A stretch of DNA of 64,000 nucleotides. It comes from an uncultured Planctomycetota bacterium (lineage in GTDB: Bacteria > Planctomycetota > Planctomycetia > Isosphaerales > Isosphaeraceae). This document shows positions 37,915 to 49,413 of this stretch, piece by piece. Below the pieces are notes generated by a model that was given only the letters and a program-made list of their open reading frames with translations, was not told the origin of the DNA and made no database searches. The position numbers and the translations under genes were made by a program. The stretch lies in NCBI GenBank assembly GCA_963845755.1, contig CAWJTV010000018.1, positions 72,704-136,703 on the forward strand, in the 5' to 3' direction. Position 1 is the first letter of the stretch. Every line of letters starts with the position of its first letter.

Positions 37915-40725
37915 GTGATCTCGAGGAATTCCCCTGCCGCGTCGCCCCTACGACGCGAGGCGGCGCGCCCCGATCGAGCAACATCCGCGACTGGGGGGCA
38001 GGCTGCCATCTCGCCCGTTCCCGGCGGCGGAGCGTTGCGGGCGAGATCGATCGTCGCGCGTAAACTCGCAACGCGCCAGCTCGCCCGGCTGGAGTGGCTC
38101 GCCTCGCGCGTGGTGAAGAGGGCACGTCAAGGGCCGCGAATGTTTGCGGTCGCGCTCGGCGGGTTCCTCTCCCGACGGTCGCGACTCCTCTACTCCCGAG
38201 TGAAGCGCGCGATGTTTCTGAAGAGATCCGTCAAGCGGATCTCGGCGCGACCCTGGAGCGGACGCCCAGTTCAATGCCCGTGCGTTCCCGGCCTCGTCAG
38301 CGTCGTCCTGCCCGTCTACAACCAGGCCGATCTCCTCGCCGACTCGATCGAGAGCGTCTTGAATCAGACGTACGGCGATCTCGAGCTGATCGTCGTCAAC
38401 GACGGATCCACCGACGGCGTCGAGCTGGTCCTGTCCCGCTATCTCGATCATCCTCGGGTCCGCGTCTTGAGCCAGGCCAACCAGAAGCTCCCCAAGGCCC
38501 TGAGCAATGGATTCGAATTCGCGCGGGGCGAATACTGGACCTGGACCTCGGCCGACAACCTGATGCATCCCGAACAACTGGCCCGTCAGGTCGAATTCCT
38601 CCGCGGTCATCCCGAGTCCTCATTGGTTTACGCGGACTACCTGGCGATCGACGACCGGGGCGAGCCCCTGGAGGATCCTTCGTTCCGCCCCCAGGATCGC
38701 CCGGATCCCAGATCGCCCGAGATCCACCTGCCCCGCAACCCGTGGCTGATCAATCTCGAACAGGACAATTTTATCGGTCCCTGTTTCCTGTATCGCGCCG
38801 TCGTGGGCCACGCCGTCGGGGAGTACGATCCCAACCTGGGACTGGAGGACTACGACTACTGGATGCGGGTCAATCATGCGTTCGTCATCGCGCACCTCGG
38901 AACGGAAGAGATCCTCTATCGCTACCGCGTGCACGACCGCAGCTTGAGCGCCTGCGCCGCCGAGCTGAAAATCGCCGAGCGGGCCCGCCTGCTGATGGAC
39001 TACGAACGAAGTCGCCAGGATTTCTATCGCCGGCCCTGGACCCTGGTGCTGGATGCCGCGATGCGCGCCCAACTGGCCGGCGCGATTCCCGGGTCCATAC
39101 CGGTCGTCGACTTCGAGACGGCCCCACACTCGCCGGCGCACCCCAGCCTGATGGCCGAGAAGGTCCTCTACCTGATCGACAGCGCGAATCTCGAGGCACT
39201 GGCCGCCGCCGATCGCCCGTCCTCGTGCCGCGTAGCGGCGTGGTTCGAATCCGTAGACGACGCCTATGAGCGTTGGTACGCGGCCGCCGCCTGTGGCGCC
39301 ATGGGCCTCACGAATCAGCCCGAGGTGGCCGAACGGCTGGATCTGCTCGGCGTTCGACGCTTTCGTGGTCGGCTCGGCGCATCCGTCCTGGACCTGGCGC
39401 GGATTCACGCGAACAACCGCGCCTTCTTCGAGCAGACCCGCTCGCCATCGCTTCGAGCCCGTTCCCTGCCGCAACCCCTCCGGACGCCGGAACCCGGTCC
39501 GGTCCTGATTCAGGTCGAGCATTTTGATCGTGGGGGCATGGAGAACATGATCCTCCTGCTGGCCGAAGGGCTGCGCGGCAGGGGCATGGACGTGTCCCTG
39601 CTGGTCCTCGGCCGAGCCGGCCCTGCGGCCGAGCAGGCACGGAGCGTGGGCCTCCGCGTGCTGACCCTTCCCGAAGATCGGCGAGGCCCGGCCTACCGGT
39701 CGCTCCTGCAAGAGCGAGGGATCAAGCTGGTCAACGCCCATTACGCGCCGTTCGGCGCCGCGATCGCCGCCGAGCTGCGAATCCCGTTCGTCCAGGTCGT
39801 GCACAATTCCTACGTCTGGCTCGACGATCGCGCCGTCGCGCAGTACCGCCAGGCCGATCCTCATACGACGGCCTATCTCTGCGTCTCGGCCCAGGTGGCG
39901 CGCTGATGCCGACTGTGCGCTGAGCCTGTCGGCCTCCAAGATGGTCGTCGTCCCCAATGGCATCGATGGACACCGACTGGACGCGGCGCGGTCCTATCCG
40001 CCGGATACGCTTCGGGAGGAGCTGGGCCTCTCTCGAGACGATTTCGTCTTCTTGAACGTCGCCTCGATCCACGCGACGAAGGCGCACAAGGTGCTGGTCC
40101 AGGCCTTCGCGCGCGTCGCGAGCACGCATCCGCGGGCCCGGCTGCTGATCGTCGGCCCGGCCGCTGATGCCGATTACGAGGCTCAGGTCCGCCGCCTGAT
40201 CGGGCGCTTGCACCTGGAGCAACGGGTCATCCTGACCGGCCCGCGCGAGGATGTCGCGCGCTTCTACTGGATGGCCGATGCGTTCGTCCTGCCTTCCTAC
40301 TGGGAGGGATGGAGCCTCGCCCTGAGCGAGGCGGCTTACACTGGCTTGCCCGCGGTCGCCAGCGACGTCGGCTCGCGCGCGAGCTGCTCGGTGCGAGTGG
40401 CGGCCGGCTCATCAAACCCCCGTTCTCATCGATCAATGAGTTGAACTGCGATTCGATCGGCCGGCTCGTCCATGGCGAGGACCCACGGTTCCTCGCCGAG
40501 CTGGCCGAATCCCTCAGCGTGATGATCACCTCGCACCGTCGGAGCACCCCCACCGATTCGAAGAAGCACCTCCTGGACCAGGAACGGATGGTGGACCTCC
40601 ACTTCACGATCCTGAATTGGCTCCTCCACGGCGGGCACGCCAGCGCGGCCCGGGCGTGGAGCCGCACAACGATCCGATCGGAGCCGATCGTTGAGGCGGT
40701 CAACCGCGCACGGGGCGCGGCGTGA
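37915..40725 (+). CDS. GT2 + GT4 fusion glycosyltransferase, frameshifts near 39905 and 40375
   Basis: VSVVLPVYNQ...VNDGSTD and EDYDYW (GT2); GGME, PNGID and FVLPSYWEG (GT4). Confidence 0.8.
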
Positions 40726-40750
40726 GAGGATGTGGAAGAATCGGATGGAA

Positions 40751-40918
40751 GATTCGAGATTCGAGATTCCGGATTCGAGATTCGAGATTCCGGATTCGAG
40801 ATTCCGGATTCGAGATTCCGGATTCGAGATTCGAGATTCGAGATTCGAGATTCCGGATTCGAGATTCGAGATTCGAGATTCCGGATTCGAGATTCGAGAT
40901 TCGAGATTCCGGATTCAA
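40751..40918 (+). repeat. Heptamer tandem array, 24 units
   Basis: Counted directly: 16 GATTCGA, 7 GATTCCG, 1 GATTCAA. Confidence 0.95.
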
Positions 40919-41034
40919 AAATGGAATGCACTGTGCCGACAGGACTTGCGACCATTTGTTATCTTGAATCTCCGATTTCGAATCGATTCTTTCAAAGACT
41001 CTGAGTCGTCCAAGCTTCGGAAGGATCGAATTTC

Positions 41035-44000
41035 ATGGATGAATCGACCCTTGTCCTCGACGAGCTGGGGGCCAGCGACGAGTCGCTCGCGCGGTTGAAT
41101 CACGAGCTCCACGGCGCGAAAGCGGAGCTCACGCGCATCCGAGGCGTCCTGTCCGCCGCCGAGGTGGAGGCCGACCAAGCCGGGCGCCAGTTGGTACGAC
41201 TCCGGGACGACGTGCGGACCTTGATCGGTGAGAATTCCGCGCTTCGCGTCGATAACTCGGTTTTCGTCGAGCAATCGCGGGTCCATGCGAAAATCCAGGA
41301 GCAGATCGTCCAGCTCAGGAATCAGCTCGAGGAGATCCATGGCAGCCGGGCCTGGGCCATGGTCCGAAAGGCCCGCTCGGCCCGGACGCGGTTGATCCGT
41401 GCCGTGACACTGCCCCGGCGATGGAGGGACTGGGTGCGGTCGTTCAAGAGGGCGGCCGTTTTCCGGCAATCGTGCGCGGCCAACCGCGGGCTCTCGGGGC
41501 CTTCGCATCCCGCCATCGCCTCCACACCTGCTGCCACTGGCGAGTTGGCGCCAGCCAACGCCGTTGCGGCCGTCGTACCATTGACGTTCGACGAGTTGCC
41601 CTGGCGGCGGCTCGGCGATTCCCGCGAGCATGGCTCCGTCCTGGGTCGATCTTACCCGATCCTCTTGATCGCGCACGGAGGCGACAGCACACCGGAGCTT
41701 CTCGGCCTGCTCCGGCTCGCCGGCGAGCTCTCGCAGTGCCGCGATTTCGACTGTCGCATCATCCTGGAACATCGCGGCGCGCTGTCGGACGCCTTCGCCC
41801 ACATCGCCCCCACCCTTGAGATCGAAGCACTCCAGGAGCTAGGGTTGGACCTCGGACCGGCGCCAGAGTCGCTGGCCGCCGTGATGCGAAGGTTGACGTG
41901 CCGTGGCGTCGCGGTCGTCAGCACCGCGACCGGCCCCGAGTACTTCACCGCGTTCGCGGATCGCGGCATCGGGATCATCCCCTGGATCGTGGAGCCGGCA
42001 ACGACGAACACTTCCGCGAACGAACTGGTCCGCCTCGCCGTGACACGGACCCTGCGAGGGGGGGTCGCCATCGCACCGGCCGACCTGGAACCCGAGATCG
42101 CGAGGACCCGATGGGGCCTCGCACCCGACCTCATCCAGTTCTTCCCGACGGATCCCGGCGGAGCGACCGATGCGCACGACGCGGCATGGACCCAATTCCG
42201 ACAGCAATTCCTCCGGATCCTCGAGGATCACCACGAGTATCATCCGTCGCGCGACCTCAAGGTCTCGGTGATCGTCCCGAATTACAACCACGAGCGCTAC
42301 CTGGACGAGCGCTTGCGGAGCATCTTCACCCAGACGTATCCGCCCCACGAGATCATCTTCCTCGATGACTGTTCCCACGACGATAGCGTCGCCGTGGCCC
42401 AGCGGTTGGCGGTCGAGTCGCCCGTGCCGTTCCGCCTGGTGCAGAACGAGACCAACAGCGGCAGCACGTTCCGGCAGTGGCTCAAGGGGCTCGACCTGGC
42501 CACGGGGGATCTCGTCTGGATCGCGGAATCCGATGACGCTTGCCAGCCTCAGTTGCTCGAGCGACTGGTCCCGGAGTTCTTCGACCCGGCCGTGACGCTG
42601 GCCTATGTCCAGTCGGCGAGCATCGGCCCGGATGGGCGGATCCTCGCCCCCGACTATCTCGGCTGGAGCGACGACCTGTCCGCCGCGCACTGGCGTCACC
42701 CCTACCGTGTGCCCGGCGACGAGGAAGTGGAGCTCGCACTCAGCCAGAAGAACACGATTCCCAACGCCAGCGCCGTGGTCTTCCGGAGGAAGGCCGAGCT
42801 CGATTGTCGCGCGGAACTCGAGACGAGCCGGCTCGCGGGCGACTGGTTGTTCTACGCGATGCAGATCCGCGGCGGGACGATCGCCTACATCCCCGACGTG
42901 TTGAACTTCCACCGCCACCACGACCACACCGTCCGAACGACCTTCGAGCGGACGACCCAGCCCTTCGTGGAGCAATTGAAGGTGAAGGCCCGGATCTTCG
43001 AAACGTTCCCGGTCTCGCCGAATGCCATCTCGCGCAGCCTGGCCCGTACCATTCAGGATTACCGCTTCCGTCTCGGAGCACTCGGGGCCGGTCGGCCGGC
43101 GTTGACAGGTCAGCCCCAATTCGTGCCCCTGCTGGAGCGCATCGAGGCGACGTTCACGAGCCGTCTCCCGGCGGCGCGTGACCTCCGGATCCTGATGGTC
43201 CTTGCCGACATCGAGGGCGGCCCCGGCCGCGAGGCGGCCATCTCGCTGGCCAACGCATTGGCGCGACGGTTCCGGGTCTTCCTTTGCAACGCCCGTCCCT
43301 GGCTGCTGGACCCCGAGATGGCTGCCCATGTGGATGAGAAGGTCGTCCTGCTCGAGGGGACGCTCGGCATGACGCCGTGGGCCCAGTACGGCGGCCCACG
43401 TCACGGGAGTGAGGCCCATTCGACTGTGGACGACCCGCGCACCGAGGTGATCGCGGAGTTGATCCGCTTCCATCGCATCGATGTCATTCATACGCAAGGC
43501 TGGGAGGCGGTTCGGCTGGTCTCGGCCGTCGCTCCGGAGCCGCGAATCCCCTGGTTCGTCAACCTGCAGGACGGCGAGACCCCGTGGCACGACGCCGACT
43601 TCGGCCGAATCGCGGGCGAGCTCCTGATTCGGGCATCCGCCGAGCCGACCATCGACGAGCCCGCCATGGGCTCGATCGAGAGCCAGACGGAGACTCATGC
43701 CGAGGCGATCGAGGCGATCCGCGGTTTCTCGTCCGGCCCCGGGGCGATCCTCGATACGTCACGTGCGTCGTCCCGGGAGTTGACGCATCTCCGGATCCAC
43801 AGAACGGCCCTCGCCCTGGAAGTCGATCGACTTCAGCGCGCCTTGCGCAACTGCCGGCAGCGCCTGTCCGCGGCCGAGGAGCTGACCTCGGTGTATCTGG
43901 ATCGGACGGCCTCGTTGACATGGCGGATGGTCGAGAAAGTGGCGCGGTCGACTCGCTGGGTCGCACCCCGAGGAAGCCTGCGCCGGCGCACGATTCGTCA

Positions 44001-45279
44001 TATCTTCCACGGCGTCCTGGCGATTTCGCGGCCCAGGCCGCACCGGGCCCCGGCCCATCGACTCGAGCCTTCCGCCCGGCGCTCGGCTTTGGGGCTCAGA
44101 CCGCTCGACACACTCCTTCGAAACGAAACGGGCAAAGCGCTCGGCATCGCCGCGCCCACGACCAACCGGCGCGGGCGGATCCTGGTCATCGATCATGCAA
44201 TTCCCACGCCGGACCGCGACGCCGGGTCGCTGCGCATGAGGGAAATCCTCAAGGCGATCCTGAGGCGTGGACATCATGTCGCGTTCATTCCCGACGACAT
44301 GCTCCTCATGACGCCTTACGCCCAGGATCTGCAGAATCTCGGCGTGGACTTGATCCATCAACCGCGTTATCCATCGGTGACCCATTATCTCGAACGGCAC
44401 GGGAGTGAGTTCGACCTCGTCATCATCTCACGCGCCCCCATCGCTTCGAGGCATCTCGGGGCGGTCAAGTCACTGGCCCCGCAAGCCAGGGTCGTCTTCG
44501 ACACGGTCGACCTCTATTTCCTCCGCGAGTCCCGCGCAGCCGACCTGCTGAAGGACGAGGACTTGCAACGTGCGGCTGCCGTTCGCAAGCGAGAAGAACT
44601 CGACCTGGTGCGGAAGGCCGACGCCACTCTGGTCGTCAGCCCCATCGAGAGAGAGATCCTCAAGAGCGAGTGTCCCGGTATCGACGTTCGGGTTCTCCCG
44701 ACGATCGTGGAACTCCCCGACGACGCGCCGACCCCTCATGAAAATCGCCGGAACGTTGTATTCATCGGCGGGTTCGCACATGCCCCGAACGTGGACGCCG
44801 TCGTCTACTTCGTGGAAGAGATTCTGCCTCGGGTCGTCAAGGCCATGCCCTCGGTCGTCTTTCAGATTGTCGGCTCGAATGTGCCGGCCAGGGTCCGCGA
44901 GCTCTCGGGCCCGAATGTCGAGGTCCTCGGCTATGTTCCCCAGCTCGGGCCGATTCTCGATCGGGCGGTCGCCGCGGTCGCTCCGCTACGGTATGGTGCC
45001 GGGGTCAAAGGCAAGGTGAATCAGAGCATGGCGCACGGCGTGCCCACGGTGGCGACGTCCGTCGCCGCCGAGGGAATGTACCTGGTCCACGAAGACAACG
45101 CGATGATTGCCGACAATCCCGCCGAATTCGCCGACGCCGTCGTTCGGCTCTTCAACTCTCGGGAGCTGTGGGAACGGATCTCCGCCAGCGGGCGACAGAA
45201 CGTGCGCCAGCACTTCTCGGTCGAGGCGGCCACGCAACGAATCGACGAGCTCCTGACCCTGGCCGGTCTCGCACGATAA
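41035..45279 (+). CDS. Large multidomain glycosyltransferase (coiled coils, GT2, GT4)
   Basis: VSVIVPNYNH...LDDCSHD and WIAESDD (GT2); PDRDAGSLR, FIGGFAHAPNVDA and APLRYGAGVKGK (GT4). Confidence 0.9.
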   Translation: MDESTLVLDELGASDESLARLNHELHGAKAELTRIRGVLSAAEVEADQAGRQLVRLRDDVRTLIGENSALRVDNSVFVEQSRVHAKIQEQIVQLRNQLEEIHGSRAWAMVRKARSARTRLIRAVTLPRRWRDWVRSFKRAAVFRQSCAANRGLSGPSHPAIASTPAATGELAPANAVAAVVPLTFDELPWRRLGDSREHGSVLGRSYPILLIAHGGDSTPELLGLLRLAGELSQCRDFDCRIILEHRGALSDAFAHIAPTLEIEALQELGLDLGPAPESLAAVMRRLTCRGVAVVSTATGPEYFTAFADRGIGIIPWIVEPATTNTSANELVRLAVTRTLRGGVAIAPADLEPEIARTRWGLAPDLIQFFPTDPGGATDAHDAAWTQFRQQFLRILEDHHEYHPSRDLKVSVIVPNYNHERYLDERLRSIFTQTYPPHEIIFLDDCSHDDSVAVAQRLAVESPVPFRLVQNETNSGSTFRQWLKGLDLATGDLVWIAESDDACQPQLLERLVPEFFDPAVTLAYVQSASIGPDGRILAPDYLGWSDDLSAAHWRHPYRVPGDEEVELALSQKNTIPNASAVVFRRKAELDCRAELETSRLAGDWLFYAMQIRGGTIAYIPDVLNFHRHHDHTVRTTFERTTQPFVEQLKVKARIFETFPVSPNAISRSLARTIQDYRFRLGALGAGRPALTGQPQFVPLLERIEATFTSRLPAARDLRILMVLADIEGGPGREAAISLANALARRFRVFLCNARPWLLDPEMAAHVDEKVVLLEGTLGMTPWAQYGGPRHGSEAHSTVDDPRTEVIAELIRFHRIDVIHTQGWEAVRLVSAVAPEPRIPWFVNLQDGETPWHDADFGRIAGELLIRASAEPTIDEPAMGSIESQTETHAEAIEAIRGFSSGPGAILDTSRASSRELTHLRIHRTALALEVDRLQRALRNCRQRLSAAEELTSVYLDRTASLTWRMVEKVARSTRWVAPRGSLRRRTIRHIFHGVLAISRPRPHRAPAHRLEPSARRSALGLRPLDTLLRNETGKALGIAAPTTNRRGRILVIDHAIPTPDRDAGSLRMREILKAILRRGHHVAFIPDDMLLMTPYAQDLQNLGVDLIHQPRYPSVTHYLERHGSEFDLVIISRAPIASRHLGAVKSLAPQARVVFDTVDLYFLRESRAADLLKDEDLQRAAAVRKREELDLVRKADATLVVSPIEREILKSECPGIDVRVLPTIVELPDDAPTPHENRRNVVFIGGFAHAPNVDAVVYFVEEILPRVVKAMPSVVFQIVGSNVPARVRELSGPNVEVLGYVPQLGPILDRAVAAVAPLRYGAGVKGKVNQSMAHGVPTVATSVAAEGMYLVHEDNAMIADNPAEFADAVVRLFNSRELWERISASGRQNVRQHFSVEAATQRIDELLTLAGLAR

Positions 45280-45405
45280 GGAGGCATCGTGACCACGCAC
45301 CCGAGTGCGTGGCTCGGACAGGGCGCAGCCCACCAACCTCGGGCGTCAGCCCGATCGGCTGAGGGGATCGCACTGACGTGCGAGGTTGGAGGGTTCCCCG
45401 TCCGA

Positions 45406-46176
45406 TCAGACGCGGTAGACTCTCATGTGCATTCCGCCGAGCGAGATGCGGCAAATGGGCTTGAAGATGAGTTTGTGTTTCGTCCGCTCATAGAATTCGA
45501 AGAACGCCTTTGTCTCGCCGGTTTCCGGGTCGTCTGTCCAGTCATCGAAACAGAGATACGCGCCGTGACTGAGCCGATCTTCGAGAAAGGCCAGGCAATC
45601 CACCGCGGATTGGTACAGGTCGCAATCGACGCGGGCGAAGGCGACTTCGCGAATCGCCTCTTGAATACCAGGATCCGCGAGCGTCTCGGAAAACCAACCT
45701 TTGACCAGGTGTACATGAGGGCGCACGTCCGTCTTAAGCCGCTGCGATACCGCTTCATAAGGGGCCGCGAACTCCCCTTTGTGCCACCATTGCGGATCGT
45801 GAGGTGACAGGTCGGGCAAGCCCTCGAAACTGTCGAGCCCGTAAATGTTGATCTTCAGTCCGAGGTCATCGCAGTAGCCGATCAGTTCGTCGAGGCTGTT
45901 TCCCGTGGCGACTCCGAATTCCACAAGGTCGCCAGGGACCTTCTCGTCCTGGAGGGTTGCCAAGAACTGCTTCCACGCCAGGCTGTCGATCTTCCAGATG
46001 GTCTTCTGCAACTCGGCCGCTTCCGGCGATCCCCAGGGATAAGGGAAGTGAATCCACCTCGGGGGAGGATCGGGCTCGCTGTGGAATGCCTCCCGGTGGA
46101 GGCTGGCGTAGTCGTTCGCTTTTTTGTCGCGACGAAGCATCGTCGAAGATCCGCCGATTCGATGTAGAAACTTCAC
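45406..46176 (-). CDS. TylF/MycF-family sugar O-methyltransferase
   Basis: GDLVEFGV, DSFEGLP, VKGWFSETL, VDCDLYQS and FDDW. Confidence 0.85.
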   Translation of the reverse strand: MKFLHRIGGSSTMLRRDKKANDYASLHREAFHSEPDPPPRWIHFPYPWGSPEAAELQKTIWKIDSLAWKQFLATLQDEKVPGDLVEFGVATGNSLDELIGYCDDLGLKINIYGLDSFEGLPDLSPHDPQWWHKGEFAAPYEAVSQRLKTDVRPHVHLVKGWFSETLADPGIQEAIREVAFARVDCDLYQSAVDCLAFLEDRLSHGAYLCFDDWTDDPETGETKAFFEFYERTKHKLIFKPICRISLGGMHMRVYRV

Positions 46177-46214
46177 GGAGAACCTCCCTGCCTGGTTCGC
46201 CCTCAGAGCCCCTT

Positions 46215-46266
46215 AAAAGAGGGGGGACCGTTCCCTCGAAGACTCGGAGTCAGTCCCCGTTTTCTT
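46215..46266. repeat. Degenerate copy of the 35115-35180 palindrome
   Basis: GGGGAC...CCTCGAAGACTCGGAGTCAGTCCCC. Confidence 0.6.
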
Positions 46267-46721
46267 GGAGACTCTGATCTTGGGCGGGTCGTGTTGGGTT
46301 TCAGAAAAGGTGCCGAGGCATCGTGGCACCCCTGCATTAAACAAAAACCCCAGTTGACGCAAGACAAGATCGACATCCCAAGACGGTGGATCTCCCCGGT
46401 CTGGAGCGCCCATGAACTCGATGATGTGCAGCGCCGGTTCTCCGCTTCCATCTTCTCTTGACACTTACCAGAGAAAGGGCTAATCACAGGCCACGCGTTT
46501 GCCGTCTTCTCGGTCCTCAACCGTTTATTCGATTACGGCGCATCGGTTTCTTTCTCAGAATTGCGCCTCGACTTTCCCAACCGAACGTTGGGTCGAGTCA
46601 CTGGGTCAAGGGCGTGCCATGGGAAGGCCTAGAGCGACGCAATGAAGCAATCCATCCGTGTCCGCCGATTTTCGGGGTGCGAGCAGTTCGATCGCCACGA
46701 CTTTTACGGAAGGACGGTTGC

Positions 46722-47660
46722 ATGCCGACGAGAATCCTCGTGACTGGCGGGGCGGGCTACATCGGATCCGTCCTGGTTCCCATGCTGCTCCAGGAGGGAT
46801 ACGCGGTTCACGTACTCGATTCCTTTCTCTTCAGCCAGACGAGCCTTGCCGACTGCTGCATCGACCCGAATTTCCAGGTGACGCGGGGCGACTGCCGCGA
46901 TCGTGAGACGGTCTCGCGCTTGATGCGGCAAGCGGACGTCATCATCCCTCTTGCTGCGATTGTCGGCGCCCCAGCTTGCAAGAACGATGCAACGGCCGCC
47001 ATCTCGATCAATCGCGAGGCGATCAAGCTCATCCTTTCCCTCCGGTCTCTTCAGCAACGAATCATCTTGCCCAATACCAACAGCGGCTATGGGATCGGTG
47101 AGAAGCAGTCGTTCTGCACCGAAGAGAGTCCTCTCCGGCCAATCAGCCTCTACGGCAAGACCAAGGTCGAGGCCGAACTCGCCGCGCTCGATGCCGGCAA
47201 CGCGGTCACTTTCCGCCTGGCCACCGTTTTTGGAATGTCGCCCCGGATGCGCATCGACCTGCTCGTCAACGACTTCGTCTATCGCGCCGTCCACGATCGC
47301 GCGGTGGTCGTCTTCGAGGGACACGCGAAACGAAACTATATCCACATTCGCGACGTGGCTCGGGCCTTCCTCCATGCCCTGGATCGATTCGACGCGATGA
47401 AGGACCAGGCGTATAACGTCGGCCTGAGTGATGCCAATCTGTCGAAGCTGGAACTCTGCGCCCAGATCCGCAAGCAGATTCCGGGCTTCGTCTGTCTCGA
47501 GTCGCCGATCGGCGAAGATCCGGACAAGCGCGACTATATTGTCTCCAATGCCAAGATCGAGGCCACGGGCTTCTTGCCCCGTTACTCGCTCGGCGACGGG
47601 ATTCAAGAATTGATCAAGGGCTACAGGATTCTGAACAACAACCGCTTCGGGAACGTGTGA
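46722..47660 (+). CDS. NAD-dependent nucleotide-sugar epimerase/dehydratase (extended SDR)
   Basis: ILVTGGAGYIGS, LAAIVG, YGKTK (YxxxK) and RLATVFG. Confidence 0.9.
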   Translation: MPTRILVTGGAGYIGSVLVPMLLQEGYAVHVLDSFLFSQTSLADCCIDPNFQVTRGDCRDRETVSRLMRQADVIIPLAAIVGAPACKNDATAAISINREAIKLILSLRSLQQRIILPNTNSGYGIGEKQSFCTEESPLRPISLYGKTKVEAELAALDAGNAVTFRLATVFGMSPRMRIDLLVNDFVYRAVHDRAVVVFEGHAKRNYIHIRDVARAFLHALDRFDAMKDQAYNVGLSDANLSKLELCAQIRKQIPGFVCLESPIGEDPDKRDYIVSNAKIEATGFLPRYSLGDGIQELIKGYRILNNNRFGNV

Positions 47661-47734
47661 GCCGGACTTTTTGCCGGTTTCTTCGTTTCGATCGATGAGA
47701 GGCGTTCGATCAGTCTTCCTGGACGGAGCGATTC

Positions 47735-49333
47735 ATGAAGCGAAAGCTCTACATCATTAACAACGGGATGAAAGACCTGCGGGGCCACTATTTCGAGACT
47801 TCGGTTTCGATCGCGGAGGCGAGCCGGTCCCTGGGCTTGCATCCCATTCTCGCCGCGCACGTCACATGCCCGAGTGGCATCGTTCCCGACGAGCTGGAGT
47901 TCCACCCCGTCTTCACAACCGATCACTGGATGGCCGAACCGCCTCCACCGCAGTCCGACTTGCTGGGCCTTCGCGGCGAACTGGCACCCCTGGCATCCAA
48001 CTCGATTGAAGACTTGCTGGCAGGCAAGATCGGCTTCGATCAGTACCTCGAGGCACGTTTCCTGCCGGAAGACACCGCGACCGGTTTCGTGCAGCCGGCG
48101 TTCCGATCGGTCGGGAGGCTGATCCCTCCCGCACTGCAAGAGCAGATCCGGCGCGTCACGCGGGCGGTGCTGCCGCCGGCGCTGCAAGAGTTGGGCCCTG
48201 TCCTTGTACGCGTCAGGCGTACGCTCAAGAGCGTGGTCCGACAACTCACCCCTCCGTTCGTCTGGAAGCGTCTTCATGCCCATCGTGCCAGGTCGGTGGA
48301 AGCCGCCATCGAGAAGACGTCGCCACCGTCAACCGGGCCGGCGATGGCGCTGGAGCGAATCGGGAATCGGATCGAATATGGGTATTCCATTCGCTTTCGG
48401 GATGATCTCGAACGATTGCTGAGCTTGACTGGATGCACATCAAATGATCATGTCTATATGCCTACGGCTCACGGTCGCGAATTGTACGCGGTCCTGGATC
48501 TGATCGCGCGCTGGCCGGTCGAGTTACGCCCCACGTTTCATCTCGAATTCCGTCATGCGCTGGCGCTCACCGGGGCTGAGGGCCTGACCGAGGAACACCC
48601 GTATTGCGCAGACCCACCGCGTCTACTTCGAAGCCGCGAGAGCCTTCCCATTCAACAGGTATGTTCATCTTTACACCGACACTGAGGGATTGTCCGAGGA
48701 ATACGAACGGATCTCGGGCTTGGAGTTCGGCGTATTGCCGATTCCCTTTCGATCGCAACTCCTCAGTAGCCGGCCCCGAGAGGCAGGATCGCTGTGCATC
48801 GCCCAGTTCGGGGACGTGCGCGACGAGAAGGGCTTTCACTGGTTGCCCGACCTCATCGACGCCATGATGGATGATTATCTTCGACCGGGACGAGTCCGTT
48901 TCTTGATCCAGGCATCGCTGATTCATCCGGAATATGAACCGAAGAGCCAAGCCGCCCTGGAGCGATTGAAGGGCTATCCCCGGGACTCGGTGCGATTGGT
49001 CGGGCTCGACGGACCGCTGAAACCGGATTCCTACTATCGACTGGTCTCCGAGGCCGATCTCGTCCTCTGCCCCTATGAGGCGATCACGTACCGGAATCGC
49101 AGCTCGGGTACGCTCGCCGAGGCGATCGCGGCGGGAATCCCGACCGTGGTGCCACAGAACTGCTGGCTGTCGAGTCAGCCGCCCCCGGGTAGTGGAAAGA
49201 CCTTCTTCGATCTCGAGTCATTTATCGACGCGGTCCGGTCGATCTGCGACGATTACCCCACCTATCATTCGCGCGCAAGGCCGGCCGGTACTCCTGGCTG
49301 GCCCATCATTCCCCGGAGCGCCTGGTCCGGTTA
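47735..49333 (+). CDS. Glycosyltransferase (GT-B fold), frameshifted
   Basis: GHYFE N-terminus, GDVRDEKGF, LCPY and SSGTLAEAIAAGIP across frames; end approximate. Confidence 0.7.
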
Positions 49334-49413
49334 CTCCTGGGGGAACGGGGTGAGTCCAGCGCCATTGCCGGAAAGGTTGCCTGACCTCTCGCTCTCGGGA
49401 AAGGATTCCACGG

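Noticed and set aside
40691..41098. ORFs encoding IRDSRFE / NLESRIS repeats
   Set aside because: They are translations of the heptamer tandem array in several frames, with no evidence of a real gene.
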